A stretch of 64,000 bases of DNA, from the NCBI GenBank assembly GCA_018992685.1, contig JACVGT010000013.1, forward strand, positions 60,228 through 124,227, written 5' to 3'. A model generated the notes under the pieces. The model saw nothing but the letters and a program-made list of their open reading frames with translations. It was not told the origin of the DNA and ran no database searches. This document shows positions 1-10,055 of this stretch, piece after piece. This stretch comes from Theionarchaea archaeon. GTDB taxonomy: Archaea > Methanobacteriota_B > Thermococci > Methanofastidiosales > SZ-28-30. The position numbers and the translations under genes were made by a program. Positions within the stretch are counted from its first letter, which is position 1; every line of letters starts with the position of its first letter.

Positions 1-627
1 CAACAGGTTTCAAGACAGAATGTAATTTCTGCTATTGTTGATCCAGTTCTCTTTCTGAAATTCCTGCGGATGATTCAATCCAACAGCGGAGTGGCTGACA
101 TTCGTCAATTGTGGCCTGATTTCTCCTTGGTAATGACGACAGTAAACACAAGGCCTTTTGAGAACGTGCTTCAATCTCTTCTGGGTCATGTGGAGTTCAG
201 GAGGCTATTCTGTACTGATGAGGTTGTCGTAGCCGTCCAGCTGGATGAAAAAGGTGTGGTGCCCTTGCTTGACCACTGCTATCTTGAGTTCATTCCTTTG
301 AAGCAGTGGAGAGATATGGAACTTGAAGGAGGAACCTACAGGGAATACGGATTTGACATTGAGACTATCGACACTGCTGTTTCAGGAGAAGAATATGTTT
401 TAGTCGTTACTACATCTGGGCTGTACCGGTATATCTCTGGAGACATTGTCACTATGGTTGATAGTCTGCACATGGAACCAACTGGGTTCATTGACGAATG
501 GGCAGTTCTTCCTGAACTCGCGCAGCAAATCGTACTACTGAGGGAAGTGGCACGAGACACATCTCGGACAGAACATCAGCTGGTGGCTGTGGAATCTGAA
601 CCCATGAGATTTCTGTTCAAAATCTGA
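1..627 (+). CDS. GH3 auxin-responsive family acyl-adenylate enzyme, C-terminal part (5'-truncated by the window; probably degenerate)
   Basis: Frame is open from base 1. Motifs YLEFIP and EYVLVVTTSGLYRYISGDIV match the GH3 'GLYRYxxGD' signature. The C-terminus is short and divergent. Confidence 0.6.
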   Translation, partial: QQVSRQNVISAIVDPVLFLKFLRMIQSNSGVADIRQLWPDFSLVMTTVNTRPFENVLQSLLGHVEFRRLFCTDEVVVAVQLDEKGVVPLLDHCYLEFIPLKQWRDMELEGGTYREYGFDIETIDTAVSGEEYVLVVTTSGLYRYISGDIVTMVDSLHMEPTGFIDEWAVLPELAQQIVLLREVARDTSRTEHQLVAVESEPMRFLFKI

Positions 628-910
628 ACCTGGTAGGAGTACGAACCTCGGAGTGTGACATGCAAGGGGAAGGGGACTGGTTCCATGAGAGACTGTACGG
701 TTCCCGTGAATATGGACACTTTGTGACTGATAGAATCCTCGAAAGAATCCTGTGGTCAATCCCACGATACATGGACGGTTCAACTTCTGGCTCATGCATT
801 CTCTTTTTCCACAAGATCTGAAGAGAGTTTCATGAATATCGGCTAGTCCGTACCCCTACCTCCACTAGTTCTTGTGTTCTATGTACAATCTCAGTGAAAG
901 CAATCTGTTC

Positions 911-1010
911 AAAAAAGGAATGAAAGAGTGGGATTGAGAACAAGACGAAGGAGGTGAAATCCATGGAAGTGGTAACTTGTTTTCTTCCCACTCTTTGGAG
1001 TTGTTACTCC
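911..1010 (-). ncRNA. Putative small hairpin RNA, copy 1 (anti-SD loop)
   Basis: Minus-strand BRE/TATA CAAAAG-TTTAAAAA at ~1032-1045. 11-bp stem 923-933/986-996 and inner stem 939-944/976-981. T6 run at 911-916 on the minus strand. Confidence 0.5.
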
Positions 1011-1242
1011 GCATATTCTTTGTCATGTCCCTTTTTAAACTTTTGCAGTATTCGATACCCGTCACATCGTACTGATTTGTGTAGTTTTTACTCTAATCAG
1101 GAGGGAGCACAAAATTACCATCCAGAAAAGTGCAACTAGTATTCTTTTATCTGGAAAACATTCGTGAGAAGAAGGATTGAGAAGAGTGGGATTAAATAAA
1201 CAAGACGAAGGAGGTGAAATCCATGGAAGTGGTAACTTGTTT
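939..1242. repeat. 44-bp perfect direct repeat (939-982 and 1199-1242), 260 bp apart
   Basis: aacaagacgaaggaggtgaaatccatggaagtggtaacttgttt occurs twice, each flanked by gagtggg...cccactc inverted repeats. Confidence 0.95.
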
Positions 1243-1268
1243 ACCCACTCTCCTCAGTGTTTAACTAC
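1165..1268 (-). ncRNA. Putative small hairpin RNA, copy 2 (anti-SD loop)
   Basis: Minus-strand CAAAGA-CTTAAAAA promoter at ~1291-1304. Stems 1178-1190/1244-1256 and 1197-1204/1236-1243. Pyrimidine-rich 3' end. Confidence 0.5.
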
Positions 1269-1493
1269 AATGGCACATTAGTGCCACTCCTTTTTAAGTC
1301 TTTGTAATGCTAATGTAATCAAATTTTCGGAATTAAAAAATATGACCTATTTTATGGTTCCAAGTGCACATTATTTCTCAATTAGACTTTTTATTTAGAT
1401 AACTCTATCTCAAAGCGATTTCCCTATTCCTGATTCGCATATTGATCTGTGCAGGCTAATTCATTCCTGACCAGTACGTGAGATTTACGCATT

Positions 1494-2057
1494 CTATTCC
1501 TGGACAAAGTGCCATTCACACCATACATCTCCTGAATGCTCGTCAGGGGGACAGCGCACGCAGACACACGTGATATGAGGGTTGATTTCTCTTACAAAAT
1601 TGGAGAGGTAGTTGTATCTCACCTGTTTGCAGGGGAACTCTGGAAATCCTTTCTTTAACCGAGTTAACTGTGTCTTGCAATTGAGGATCCTCAGAATGCC
1701 TGTACCATTTTCCACGGTGATGATTTTCTCCTGTTGATCAAGTGCCCAGCTCGTGGTCTGCAGAGCTCTCATGAGAGTCTCAACAGAAGGGTCTTGCAGG
1801 TTCAAGATACGCTTGAGGGCTTTTGCTTCAAGAGTTCCCATGGCATTCCACACTTCGGCATCAATTTCTGCAGCAGCCTCTGTCCCAAACCGGTTCTCAA
1901 TACCCAGAAAGTACAACCCATCTACTCTCCAGATGTTCCTGTTATTGAACATCATAATCTCAATGAGCTTATCCCTAGGCAATGCTTCCAACATGTCTCT
2001 GTCTTCGTCACTGATGTACGACATTGAGTCACCGAATCTGGCTTCACTCTTCACCAT
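1494..2057 (-). CDS. DUF6125-like / V4R-related small ligand-binding protein
   Basis: WRVDGLYFLGIENRFG motif and Cys pattern C...C...CPP...WCEW. GGAGG lies upstream of the ATG at 2057. Confidence 0.65.
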   Translation of the reverse strand: MVKSEARFGDSMSYISDEDRDMLEALPRDKLIEIMMFNNRNIWRVDGLYFLGIENRFGTEAAAEIDAEVWNAMGTLEAKALKRILNLQDPSVETLMRALQTTSWALDQQEKIITVENGTGILRILNCKTQLTRLKKGFPEFPCKQVRYNYLSNFVREINPHITCVCVRCPPDEHSGDVWCEWHFVQE

Positions 2058-2106
2058 ATAAGTGTTACCCTCCAAACCAGAGTATGAAGGTCGCTCAAAG
2101 AGCCAC

Positions 2107-3414
2107 TCACACCCCCCCACAGGCTGTGGCAAGGGTTCTCCATTGTGGAAACCTCTTTGGGTTTTTTGGATATCGACTGTAAACAGCCCTTAGGATACCC
2201 ATCTTGCCGAGAGCACAGGCCAATTTGAAGAGGAGGGAAGGGGTTTTTGCTGCATTAGCGGCTGTGGTAAGGATGTCAGTCAACGTAAAGGAGGGTTCTT
2301 TTTCCTCCAGCTGAGACAAGACTTCATCAGTGATGACATTCTGCAACAAGGATTGGAGTTCTTTGCTGGTAAGAGACACCATGAAGTCTCTTAAAGGCAG
2401 TGATGATCCAAGAAGCGCACCGTATCTCTGCATGAAATCATAGTTGTACTTCCACAATACCTCCAGAGAGGTGTCTTTGCTGTGGATGGCCTCTGCTGCC
2501 GTTGTAGCTGCCATGTGGCCTGCAGTGAAGGCAGGTGCTATTCCTTCTCCTGTCAAGGGATTCGTGTGCCTGGCAGCATCACCACAGGCCAAGAGACCTG
2601 GAGCCACCATGGAAGGAAGAGAACCTCCAAGGGGGAGAGCACCATAGCCTGCTTGGGTTTTCTCCTTGATTTTGAATCGTGTGTGTTCGTGGAGCGCCTG
2701 AGCCACTGCCTTTCTGAAATGGGTACTGCGCTGTTCCATCCCTCCAGCACCCACGTTCAATTCATAGGTTCCCTTGGGAAAGAACCAGAAATACCCTGAA
2801 GGCACGAAGGAATTGTCAAAAACGATGGTTGCGTATTCCTGAGATATTGCCTCTTCCAGGATGATGTTCTCCTTATATCCCAATCCGATACGTGATGGGC
2901 TGCCGCGCCCACGTCTGAGCTCCCTACTGAGGACAGAGAAAACCCCACTACAATCCATGGTCAATGTCCCAAGGTAGGACGCATCATGAGTCTTAACACC
3001 ATGTACTTCATTTTTCCCAACAGACCCCCGTACGACTCCTTGGTGAAGTTCTGCTCCTCTTCTGAGAAGCTCCTTTACCATGGTCTGCCCAAACTGCCAT
3101 CTGTCTATAGTGCATAGAGGGTCGGTCACCCGAACGATGCCATGGTCACCGTCCATAAGTCCAGAAAAGGTGCAGACTTGCAGGCCTTTCAAAGGATAAT
3201 GATCAACAGAAATCTGAAATTCATTCTTGAGCCATTTCACGATCCTCATGGGCATGAGTTCTCCACAAATCTTTCTGCCGACAAATTCTCTCCCTTTACG
3301 TTCTATGATACAGATGGTGAGATCCTCTCTCAGTGCTGTTAGGCCTGCAGCTGCTCCTGCAATTCCGCAGCCAACAATAACGAGATCATAGGGAGCAATC
3401 GTCATATCACTCAT
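2107..3414 (-). CDS. Geranylgeranyl reductase family FAD-dependent oxidoreductase
   Basis: Motifs GCGIAGA (Rossmann fold), KICGE, PSGYFWFFPKG and GDAARHTNPLTGEGI. Confidence 0.85.
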   Translation of the reverse strand: MSDMTIAPYDLVIVGCGIAGAAAGLTALREDLTICIIERKGREFVGRKICGELMPMRIVKWLKNEFQISVDHYPLKGLQVCTFSGLMDGDHGIVRVTDPLCTIDRWQFGQTMVKELLRRGAELHQGVVRGSVGKNEVHGVKTHDASYLGTLTMDCSGVFSVLSRELRRGRGSPSRIGLGYKENIILEEAISQEYATIVFDNSFVPSGYFWFFPKGTYELNVGAGGMEQRSTHFRKAVAQALHEHTRFKIKEKTQAGYGALPLGGSLPSMVAPGLLACGDAARHTNPLTGEGIAPAFTAGHMAATTAAEAIHSKDTSLEVLWKYNYDFMQRYGALLGSSLPLRDFMVSLTSKELQSLLQNVITDEVLSQLEEKEPSFTLTDILTTAANAAKTPSLLFKLACALGKMGILRAVYSRYPKNPKRFPQWRTLATACGGV

Positions 3415-3772
3415 GATTAAGGAATTGTTGTTTAAGAATCTTATCATTTAGTAATCATGGCTTGTAGAATCTTTAACTTAATTGACGGTTCTCTCTAAAT
3501 TCTTCATTCGATGCAAAAAGCGCTACACGAAAGTTCTAAGATCGTTGTAAACTTTTCACGACATTTTGATTGAGGAATGTTTTCAGCCTGCAAAAGCTCT
3601 CACCCCGCTAGATCATTCTCCCATCCGGATTGTCAGTCCGTGGGCTGCAGAAACCGGCGGAGGATGTTGAGAGGCCGAACCTCGAGACTCGCTTTCTGAG
3701 CATCATCCAATGCTCAGTGCGCAGTGCAAAAGATTTATTACAGGATGCGTAATAGACTGTGGAGGTTACAGT

Positions 3773-4867
3773 ATGAGATCAGAAATTCAGGCCCTGGCCG
3801 GAACCTATGATGCTGATAACATTCACATCGGTGTGCTGGGTTCCCATTCTGCCCTTGAGGTTGGATATGGAGCCCGAGAAGAAGGATTTAAAACTGTAGT
3901 GATCTGTCAGAAAGGGAGAGAAAAGACCTACACCCAGCGGTTCAGATCTCTGTTTGACGAAGTGATTCTCCTGGAGAAATTCTCCCACATTTCGTCTCCT
4001 AATATTGTGGAGAAGCTCAGAACGTTGAATACCATCTTTGTTCCCAACAGGTCATTCTCAGTGTACTGCGGATATGACAATATTGAGACTAGGTTTGAGG
4101 TTCCTCTGTTTGGAGCACGAACAATGCTTCGAGCTGAGGAAAGAGATGTGCCCAAGAACCAGTACTATCTCATGGAAAAGGCAGGAGTCCCATTTCCGAA
4201 AATAATAAGAAGTGCTGAACACATTGACAGATTAGTCATGGTAAAGCTGCCCCATGCTGTAAGAAAGGTGGAGCGGGGATTTTTCACGTGTTCATCATTC
4301 AAAGAATACACACACAGATCTGAGGACCTCATCAAAAAAGGGTTGATCACGAGAAGTGATCTAGAAAATGCAGTCATTGAGGAGTTCGTGGTGGGAGCTC
4401 TTTTCAACCTGGATTATTTCTATTCTCCGCTGCAGGATGATGTGGAGTTCATGGGGGCTGACCAGAGAATTGAAACAGACATTGAAGGGATACTCCACAT
4501 GACAGCTGAAGAACAGAGAGCTTTTTCCCAGACGCCCACCGTCATCCCCATTGGACATCGAGGATTAACAGTGCGGGAGTCGCAGCTGGATACCGTATTT
4601 GAACTGGGTGAAAAATTCGCTGAGACCTGCAAACAGGAATATCCCCCTGGAATATTCGGATGTTTCGCATTGCAGGGAGTTTTCAACAGAGATTTGAAGT
4701 TTTATACCTTTGATGTGTCATTGCGAGTGCCTGGGGCGCCGATCTTGTTGACCAGCTCTCCCTATACGGTATATAAGTACGGGATACAGATGAGTGTGGG
4801 ACGGCGTATTGCCATGGAAATCCGGGAGGCGGTGAATGCGGGGCGGTTGTCAGACTGTGTCACATGA
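3773..4867 (+). CDS. purP: PurP family formate--AICAR ligase (ATP-grasp)
   Basis: Motifs IGVLGSHSALE, FVPNRSF, ERGFF, FALQG and DVSLRVPG. GGAGG SD precedes the ATG at 3773. Confidence 0.8.
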   Translation: MRSEIQALAGTYDADNIHIGVLGSHSALEVGYGAREEGFKTVVICQKGREKTYTQRFRSLFDEVILLEKFSHISSPNIVEKLRTLNTIFVPNRSFSVYCGYDNIETRFEVPLFGARTMLRAEERDVPKNQYYLMEKAGVPFPKIIRSAEHIDRLVMVKLPHAVRKVERGFFTCSSFKEYTHRSEDLIKKGLITRSDLENAVIEEFVVGALFNLDYFYSPLQDDVEFMGADQRIETDIEGILHMTAEEQRAFSQTPTVIPIGHRGLTVRESQLDTVFELGEKFAETCKQEYPPGIFGCFALQGVFNRDLKFYTFDVSLRVPGAPILLTSSPYTVYKYGIQMSVGRRIAMEIREAVNAGRLSDCVT

Positions 4868-5943
4868 AGTATGTGCTTGTGGGGTTGTCTACCCGTGCTG
4901 TGGCAGAATCTGCAGTGAGAGCAGGGAAAGACTGTGTAGCAGTAGATTTCTTTGGTGACATAGACCTGGAATCTGTATGCAAAACAGTGTCTCTGAAGCG
5001 TGAATATAACGTATCATTGAGCTCATTCAATCCATACTCTTTCTTGAAGGCTGCCGAGTTAGTTGATGCAGATTGTATGATATATGTAGGTCCGCTGGAG
5101 AACTACCCCTGTATTATCCAGAAATTCGCCTCATACTATGAGATTATAGGTAATGATGCAAAGACGAATGAAAAGGTGAGAGACTGGAAAGTCGTGTATC
5201 AAGTATGCAATCAACATAACATCAAGACACCAAAAACCTACAATGGACATCACTATATAGCCAAGCCAAAAAAGAGTGGGGGTGGCACGGGAATTCACAG
5301 ACTCTCATCATATGTAATACAGGAATTGGTGCGAGGAGACCCGTATTCAGTATCGTTTGTAGGAGATGGTGAAAAAGCACAGATATTGTCAATAAATGAA
5401 CAGCTCATTGGAAGAGAAGAGTTCGGTGCACGAGAATTCTGGTACTGTGGTAACATTACTCCTGTTTTCCCGGGAGAACATGCAAGTGTCGTCGCAGATG
5501 CCGCGTGCACCGCACTAACCCGCCATTTTGGGCTGAAGGGAAGCTGTGGTATTGATTTCGTGGTTCACTCGTCCAGTAGCCCATATGTTCTGGAAGTGAA
5601 CCCACGTCCACAGGCCACCCTTGAGCTGCTGGAAAGAGTGTACGGGACGAATATGGTGGTCGTGCACGAGAATGCGGTCAGAGGGGTTCTGGAAGCGCCT
5701 TCTGCCCGATCAGGTACCCCAGAGACATGGGGGAAGGCCATTATTTACGCTGAAAAGGACATTATTATGCCCGATACCAGAGAATGGCTGGATCACTCAT
5801 GGATAAAGGATATTCCTCATCCCTCTGAATTAATTCTGAAATCCGAGCCCATCTGTACTGTTATTGCTGATGGCAAGGATAGAGATGATTGCTTTGAACA
5901 TCTCGTGCAATGCTCCCTTACCATCAGAGATTTCTTTCGATAA
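4864..5943 (+). CDS. ATP-grasp domain protein (COG2232-like carboligase)
   Basis: Motifs STRAVAESA, DFFGD, KPKKSGGGTGI, YCGN and LEVNPR. ATGA overlap with purP. Confidence 0.75.
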   Translation: MKYVLVGLSTRAVAESAVRAGKDCVAVDFFGDIDLESVCKTVSLKREYNVSLSSFNPYSFLKAAELVDADCMIYVGPLENYPCIIQKFASYYEIIGNDAKTNEKVRDWKVVYQVCNQHNIKTPKTYNGHHYIAKPKKSGGGTGIHRLSSYVIQELVRGDPYSVSFVGDGEKAQILSINEQLIGREEFGAREFWYCGNITPVFPGEHASVVADAACTALTRHFGLKGSCGIDFVVHSSSSPYVLEVNPRPQATLELLERVYGTNMVVVHENAVRGVLEAPSARSGTPETWGKAIIYAEKDIIMPDTREWLDHSWIKDIPHPSELILKSEPICTVIADGKDRDDCFEHLVQCSLTIRDFFR

Positions 5944-6323
5944 GTTGCTTCTCCTTGTGATTTGTGCAATTCACGTGGTGTACTCTGCGTGAGTCACATC
6001 GGAGCAGCGCATCTGCCAGCAACCTGAGCTTTCCAGGTGATGCAACAGAGGGATTCCATTGAAGACGCGCGTTCTTACAGAAATCGAGTGCAGGGAATGT
6101 GAAGGATCTTCTGCATTCTCACTATTCCATCAAGATGATGATGAAGGAGGAGAGGTGTCATAGCCCAGGTGCACAAACGCCTTCTGAACAAAAGTTTATA
6201 GGTATTGCCGCCCTATCAGTACCATAGAGGCAAACCACAACGATGATCATCGAGAGAATACTGAAGGCTTTTTCAACACAAGAAACGTATGGTTTGTCCA
6301 CGTCTGGTGCAGGAGGCACTCTC

Positions 6324-8792
6324 ATGGAATTTGAAAAACTAGGTGCGTTCTATCTCGGAAAAGAATATGACCTTGCCAGCGGCCAGTTATTGGACCGCTT
6401 GGTCATGTATGATGCCCGGGACTTAACGACCCATGCGCTCTGCGTGGGTATGACAGGGAGTGGAAAGACAGGACTTTGCATTGACCTGCTGGAAGAGGCC
6501 GCCATCGACCATGTACCGGCTCTCATTATTGATCCCAAAGGAGATATCACCAATCTCTTGCTGACATTTCCAGAATTGAATCCTGAAGATTTCAAACCCT
6601 GGGTTAATGTGGATGATGCCCGCCGAAAAGGGTTGACTGTTGAACAGTTCGCTTCTCAGCAGGCAGAATTGTGGCGCAATGGACTGAAGGACTGGGGTCA
6701 GGATGGCAGCCGCATCGCACTGCTGCGAAAATCGGCAGATTTTGCTCTTTATACGCCGGGAAGTGATGCAGGTATTCCCGTATCCATACTACAATCTTTT
6801 GCGGCACCTTTGCTGGACTGGGATGACAATGCAGAGCTTCTTCGAGAGCGAATTCAGGGGACCGTCAGCGCACTGCTGGGATTAATCGGCATGGATGTCG
6901 ATCCTGTGCGATCCCGGGAACACATTCTTCTCGCCAACCTCTTTGAACATTTCTGGCGACAAAAAGAAGACTTGGACTTGCGAAAATTGATTCTTTCCAT
7001 ACAGAATCCTCCCATGAGTCAGCTGGGCGTGTTTGATGTGGACACATTTTTCCCTCAGAAAGAACGACTTGCGCTTGCCATGAATCTCAACAATATTATT
7101 GCGGCACCCGGATTTCAAACCTGGCTCAAAGGGCAGCCATTGGACATACCTGGATTTCTCAGCACACCGGAAGGAACCCCGCGGCATTCCATATTCTATA
7201 TTGCACACCTCAGTGACGCAGAACGCATGTTTTTTGTAACCATGCTACTGAACCAAGTGGTCACCTGGATGCGCACTCAGCCTGGGACAACAAGCCTTCG
7301 AGCCCTCTTGTACATGGATGAAATTTTCGGATTCTTTCCCCCAGTCGCGAATCCTCCATCAAAACAGCCCATGCTAACCTTGCTGAAGCAGGGCAGGGCT
7401 TTCGGATTGGGTGTAGTGCTAACCACTCAGAATCCTGTGGATCTGGACTATAAGGGGCTGACCAATACCGGAACCTGGCTCATTGGGAGACTCCAGACCG
7501 AACGAGACAAGATGCGGGTGTTGGATGGACTGGAAAGTGCTTCGGTCGAGGCGGGACAGTCCCTGGATAGATCCGAGCTAAGTCAGATAATCTCCAGCCT
7601 GGGATCGAGAGTCTTTCTCTTACATAATGTCCATGAGAAAGCACCCATTACCTTTCAGACCAGATGGGCCATGAGCTACCTTAGAGGACCCTTGACCCGC
7701 AGCCAGGTAAAGCTGTTGGTAGGTGAAAGAAAACCTGATTCCTCAGAGGGTGTGAAACCCGCAGTCCACACCCGCACTGCGGAATCCCTTGCTTCTTTCC
7801 CGCCCTCAGTTTCACCAGACATTGACCAGGTTTACCTGCCTCTGAGGAGAGGTGCTCAGGCAGCGCTCCTCGAAATTCTGAGCGGGCCTCTGCCCACAAT
7901 AGAGAAAAGTCAGCTCGTGTACGTGCCTGCTGTTTTGGGCATTGGATCTGTCCGGGTAACAGATCGCAAACTTCGGCTGAATGAAGAAAAGAACGTTGCG
8001 TTGCTCTTGCTGGATACTCTCAGCATACGCCACTGGGAACAGAGCCAGCCCCTGAAGCTTGATCCCCAGGACTTGCTGGCCACACCGGAGCCAGGTGCAT
8101 CATTCGAAACGTTACCTGATTCCTTTGATGAGAAGAGAGAGATTGTGGCTCTGAAAAAGGATCTTGCTGATCATCTGTATCTCACAGGAGGTATCACCCT
8201 TCTTTACAGCCCTTCATTGAAAGCATATTCTGAACTTGGAGAATCAGAACGCGACTTCAAGATGCGCTTGACTCAAGTAGCTCGTGAAAAGAGGGACGAA
8301 GAGGTTGATACTCTCAGCCAGAAGTTTGACAAGCGCTTCCAGAGACTTGAGGACCGGGTGCGCAAAGCGGAGGCAGCACTGACCAAGAAGCAGGCCAAGG
8401 CAGGAGCCTACAAGCGAGAAATTGCTGTTTCTGTGGGAGAGTCAATGCTAGGAATGTTCATGGGCCGTCGGTCCACCCGTGCTGCATCAACAGCTTTGAG
8501 TAAATACCGTCAAAGTAAGATGTCCAGCATGGAAGCAAAACAGGCTGAAGAGAACGTGGAGGCTCTCAAAGAAGATATAAAGCAGCTTGAACAGGAACTG
8601 AAAGAACAGACTGCAGTGATTACCCAAGAATGGGAGCGAGCTCAGGAAGACGTGGAGAGCGTTTCCGTCACTCCACGTAAGAGTGATATCGCAGTTCACC
8701 TGGTCAACCTGGCCTGGGTTCCTCATTGGCGTATAACGTATAAGGACGAGACAGGTAGAATTCAAACAGCCACCGTCCCCGCTTTTCGCTAG
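6324..8792 (+). CDS. HerA/FtsK-like (DUF87/DUF853-type) P-loop ATPase with C-terminal coiled coil
   Basis: Walker A GMTGSGKT, IIDPKGD, Walker B LYMDE, QGRAFG and TTQNP. AGGAGG SD precedes 6324. Confidence 0.8.
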   Translation: MEFEKLGAFYLGKEYDLASGQLLDRLVMYDARDLTTHALCVGMTGSGKTGLCIDLLEEAAIDHVPALIIDPKGDITNLLLTFPELNPEDFKPWVNVDDARRKGLTVEQFASQQAELWRNGLKDWGQDGSRIALLRKSADFALYTPGSDAGIPVSILQSFAAPLLDWDDNAELLRERIQGTVSALLGLIGMDVDPVRSREHILLANLFEHFWRQKEDLDLRKLILSIQNPPMSQLGVFDVDTFFPQKERLALAMNLNNIIAAPGFQTWLKGQPLDIPGFLSTPEGTPRHSIFYIAHLSDAERMFFVTMLLNQVVTWMRTQPGTTSLRALLYMDEIFGFFPPVANPPSKQPMLTLLKQGRAFGLGVVLTTQNPVDLDYKGLTNTGTWLIGRLQTERDKMRVLDGLESASVEAGQSLDRSELSQIISSLGSRVFLLHNVHEKAPITFQTRWAMSYLRGPLTRSQVKLLVGERKPDSSEGVKPAVHTRTAESLASFPPSVSPDIDQVYLPLRRGAQAALLEILSGPLPTIEKSQLVYVPAVLGIGSVRVTDRKLRLNEEKNVALLLLDTLSIRHWEQSQPLKLDPQDLLATPEPGASFETLPDSFDEKREIVALKKDLADHLYLTGGITLLYSPSLKAYSELGESERDFKMRLTQVAREKRDEEVDTLSQKFDKRFQRLEDRVRKAEAALTKKQAKAGAYKREIAVSVGESMLGMFMGRRSTRAASTALSKYRQSKMSSMEAKQAEENVEALKEDIKQLEQELKEQTAVITQEWERAQEDVESVSVTPRKSDIAVHLVNLAWVPHWRITYKDETGRIQTATVPAFR

Positions 8793-9253
8793 CAGGAGTC
8801 TTTCGCAGGAAAAGACACGTGGCTCTCAGCAGCTTGAAGAATGAGAGCGGCATCAGGTTCAGGTAGCGCGCGCATTGCCTTGCCCTGGAGATGTCCGCTC
8901 CATCTCTTCTTGTTCTTGACAAAAGTGAGATCAGGAATCAATGGTTTGAAGGGGATTTCTCCAAAGGAGACCACATTGTGAAGCCTCACTCTGAGAGGAT
9001 ATACTTCACCTGTTTTTGAAGTGAAGATTCTTCTAGTATCCTTGAAAACATCCGAAGCAACCTCAGCACGACCACACACCGCAGATTCCAACCGCCTGGT
9101 TTCTCGCTGTTCGCTCACTACATAGAAAAGAAGCCCTTGACCAATCTCAACTCTGGAGATTGTGTTTCTGTGGCGAACAGAAACCCCCCAGACCTTGTGA
9201 GTGAGTACAGATTTCCAGTTGTCCCGATTCAGAATGCATAGCCAGTATGTCAT
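8789..9253 (-). CDS. EVE domain protein
   Basis: Motifs YWLC...NW...VWGV, YPLRV and LTFVKNKKRWSGHLQG, typical of archaeal UPF0310/EVE proteins. Confidence 0.85.
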   Translation of the reverse strand: MTYWLCILNRDNWKSVLTHKVWGVSVRHRNTISRVEIGQGLLFYVVSEQRETRRLESAVCGRAEVASDVFKDTRRIFTSKTGEVYPLRVRLHNVVSFGEIPFKPLIPDLTFVKNKKRWSGHLQGKAMRALPEPDAALILQAAESHVSFPAKDSC

Positions 9254-9459
9254 GATATATCTTGATCCTACAATTTATAAGTTCACTGCTCTGGTATCGG
9301 CAGATATACCGGATGGAATCAGTAACACCTGTATCGAAAAACCACGATGATCTTGGTCACTCTCTGCCACTCGGTTCATCGGAAAATCCACAAAGGTTAT
9401 ATACGAACATATGATGGTGATCAGAGGACGCGGCATAAAGCGAAATCGAAGGTATCTGC

Positions 9460-9960
9460 ATGCGAGCCAGAAGATCTATCCACAAGATGGAAAAAAAGAA
9501 AGACATTGATGGTCTTATCGAAGCCCTGAAAAGAGATGACTGGACTCTCAGGAGGAAGGCAGCTGCTGCCTTGGAAAGGATTGGTGCTCCGGCCGTTGGA
9601 GCACTGACAATTGCCCTGGAGGATGAGAACAGGTTCGTCAGGCGAATGGCTGCTCTCATACTGGGGACACTGAGAGACAGGCGCGCAGTTGAACCTTTGA
9701 TCAGTGCACTAAGAGACGATGATACAGCCGTTCGCCGCCACGCCGCAGAATCACTGGGAAAATTGAAAGACAAACGTGCTATAGAACCCCTTATTTTGGC
9801 CTTGAAAGAAGAAAAAGACTCTGTTCGATGGATTATCGCCCTTGCCCTCCAGAAACTTGGAAGTGAAAAAGAAATCGATGCTGTTATGGAAACACTGAAA
9901 AGCAGCCACGACGCATGTGAAGATGGCGCAAAAGAGAACAGTGCAATTGATATCTCATGA
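9460..9960 (+). CDS. HEAT/PBS-lyase repeat protein
   Basis: Repeats of VRRxAAxxLG...AVEPLIxAL. Confidence 0.85.
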   Translation: MRARRSIHKMEKKKDIDGLIEALKRDDWTLRRKAAAALERIGAPAVGALTIALEDENRFVRRMAALILGTLRDRRAVEPLISALRDDDTAVRRHAAESLGKLKDKRAIEPLILALKEEKDSVRWIIALALQKLGSEKEIDAVMETLKSSHDACEDGAKENSAIDIS

Positions 9961-10055
9961 AGAGCCTCTCTGATAACTCCGTCTTTCTGGACGGAGAATG
10001 GGAAGAAAAACGAGGGACAAAACCTTATATACACACCCTCCATGGATGAAACAGG

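Noticed and set aside
939-1242. CRISPR array
   Set aside because: Only two repeats, a 216-bp gap between them, homologous flanks and no cas genes.
954-1264. Plus-strand peptides MEVVTC... from the SD/ATG in the repeats
   Set aside because: Lengths and sequences are not conserved between copies, and the promoter/terminator signals point the other way. Not fully excluded.
9357-10043. 228-aa minus-strand ORF
   Set aside because: Antisense shadow of the HEAT-repeat gene.
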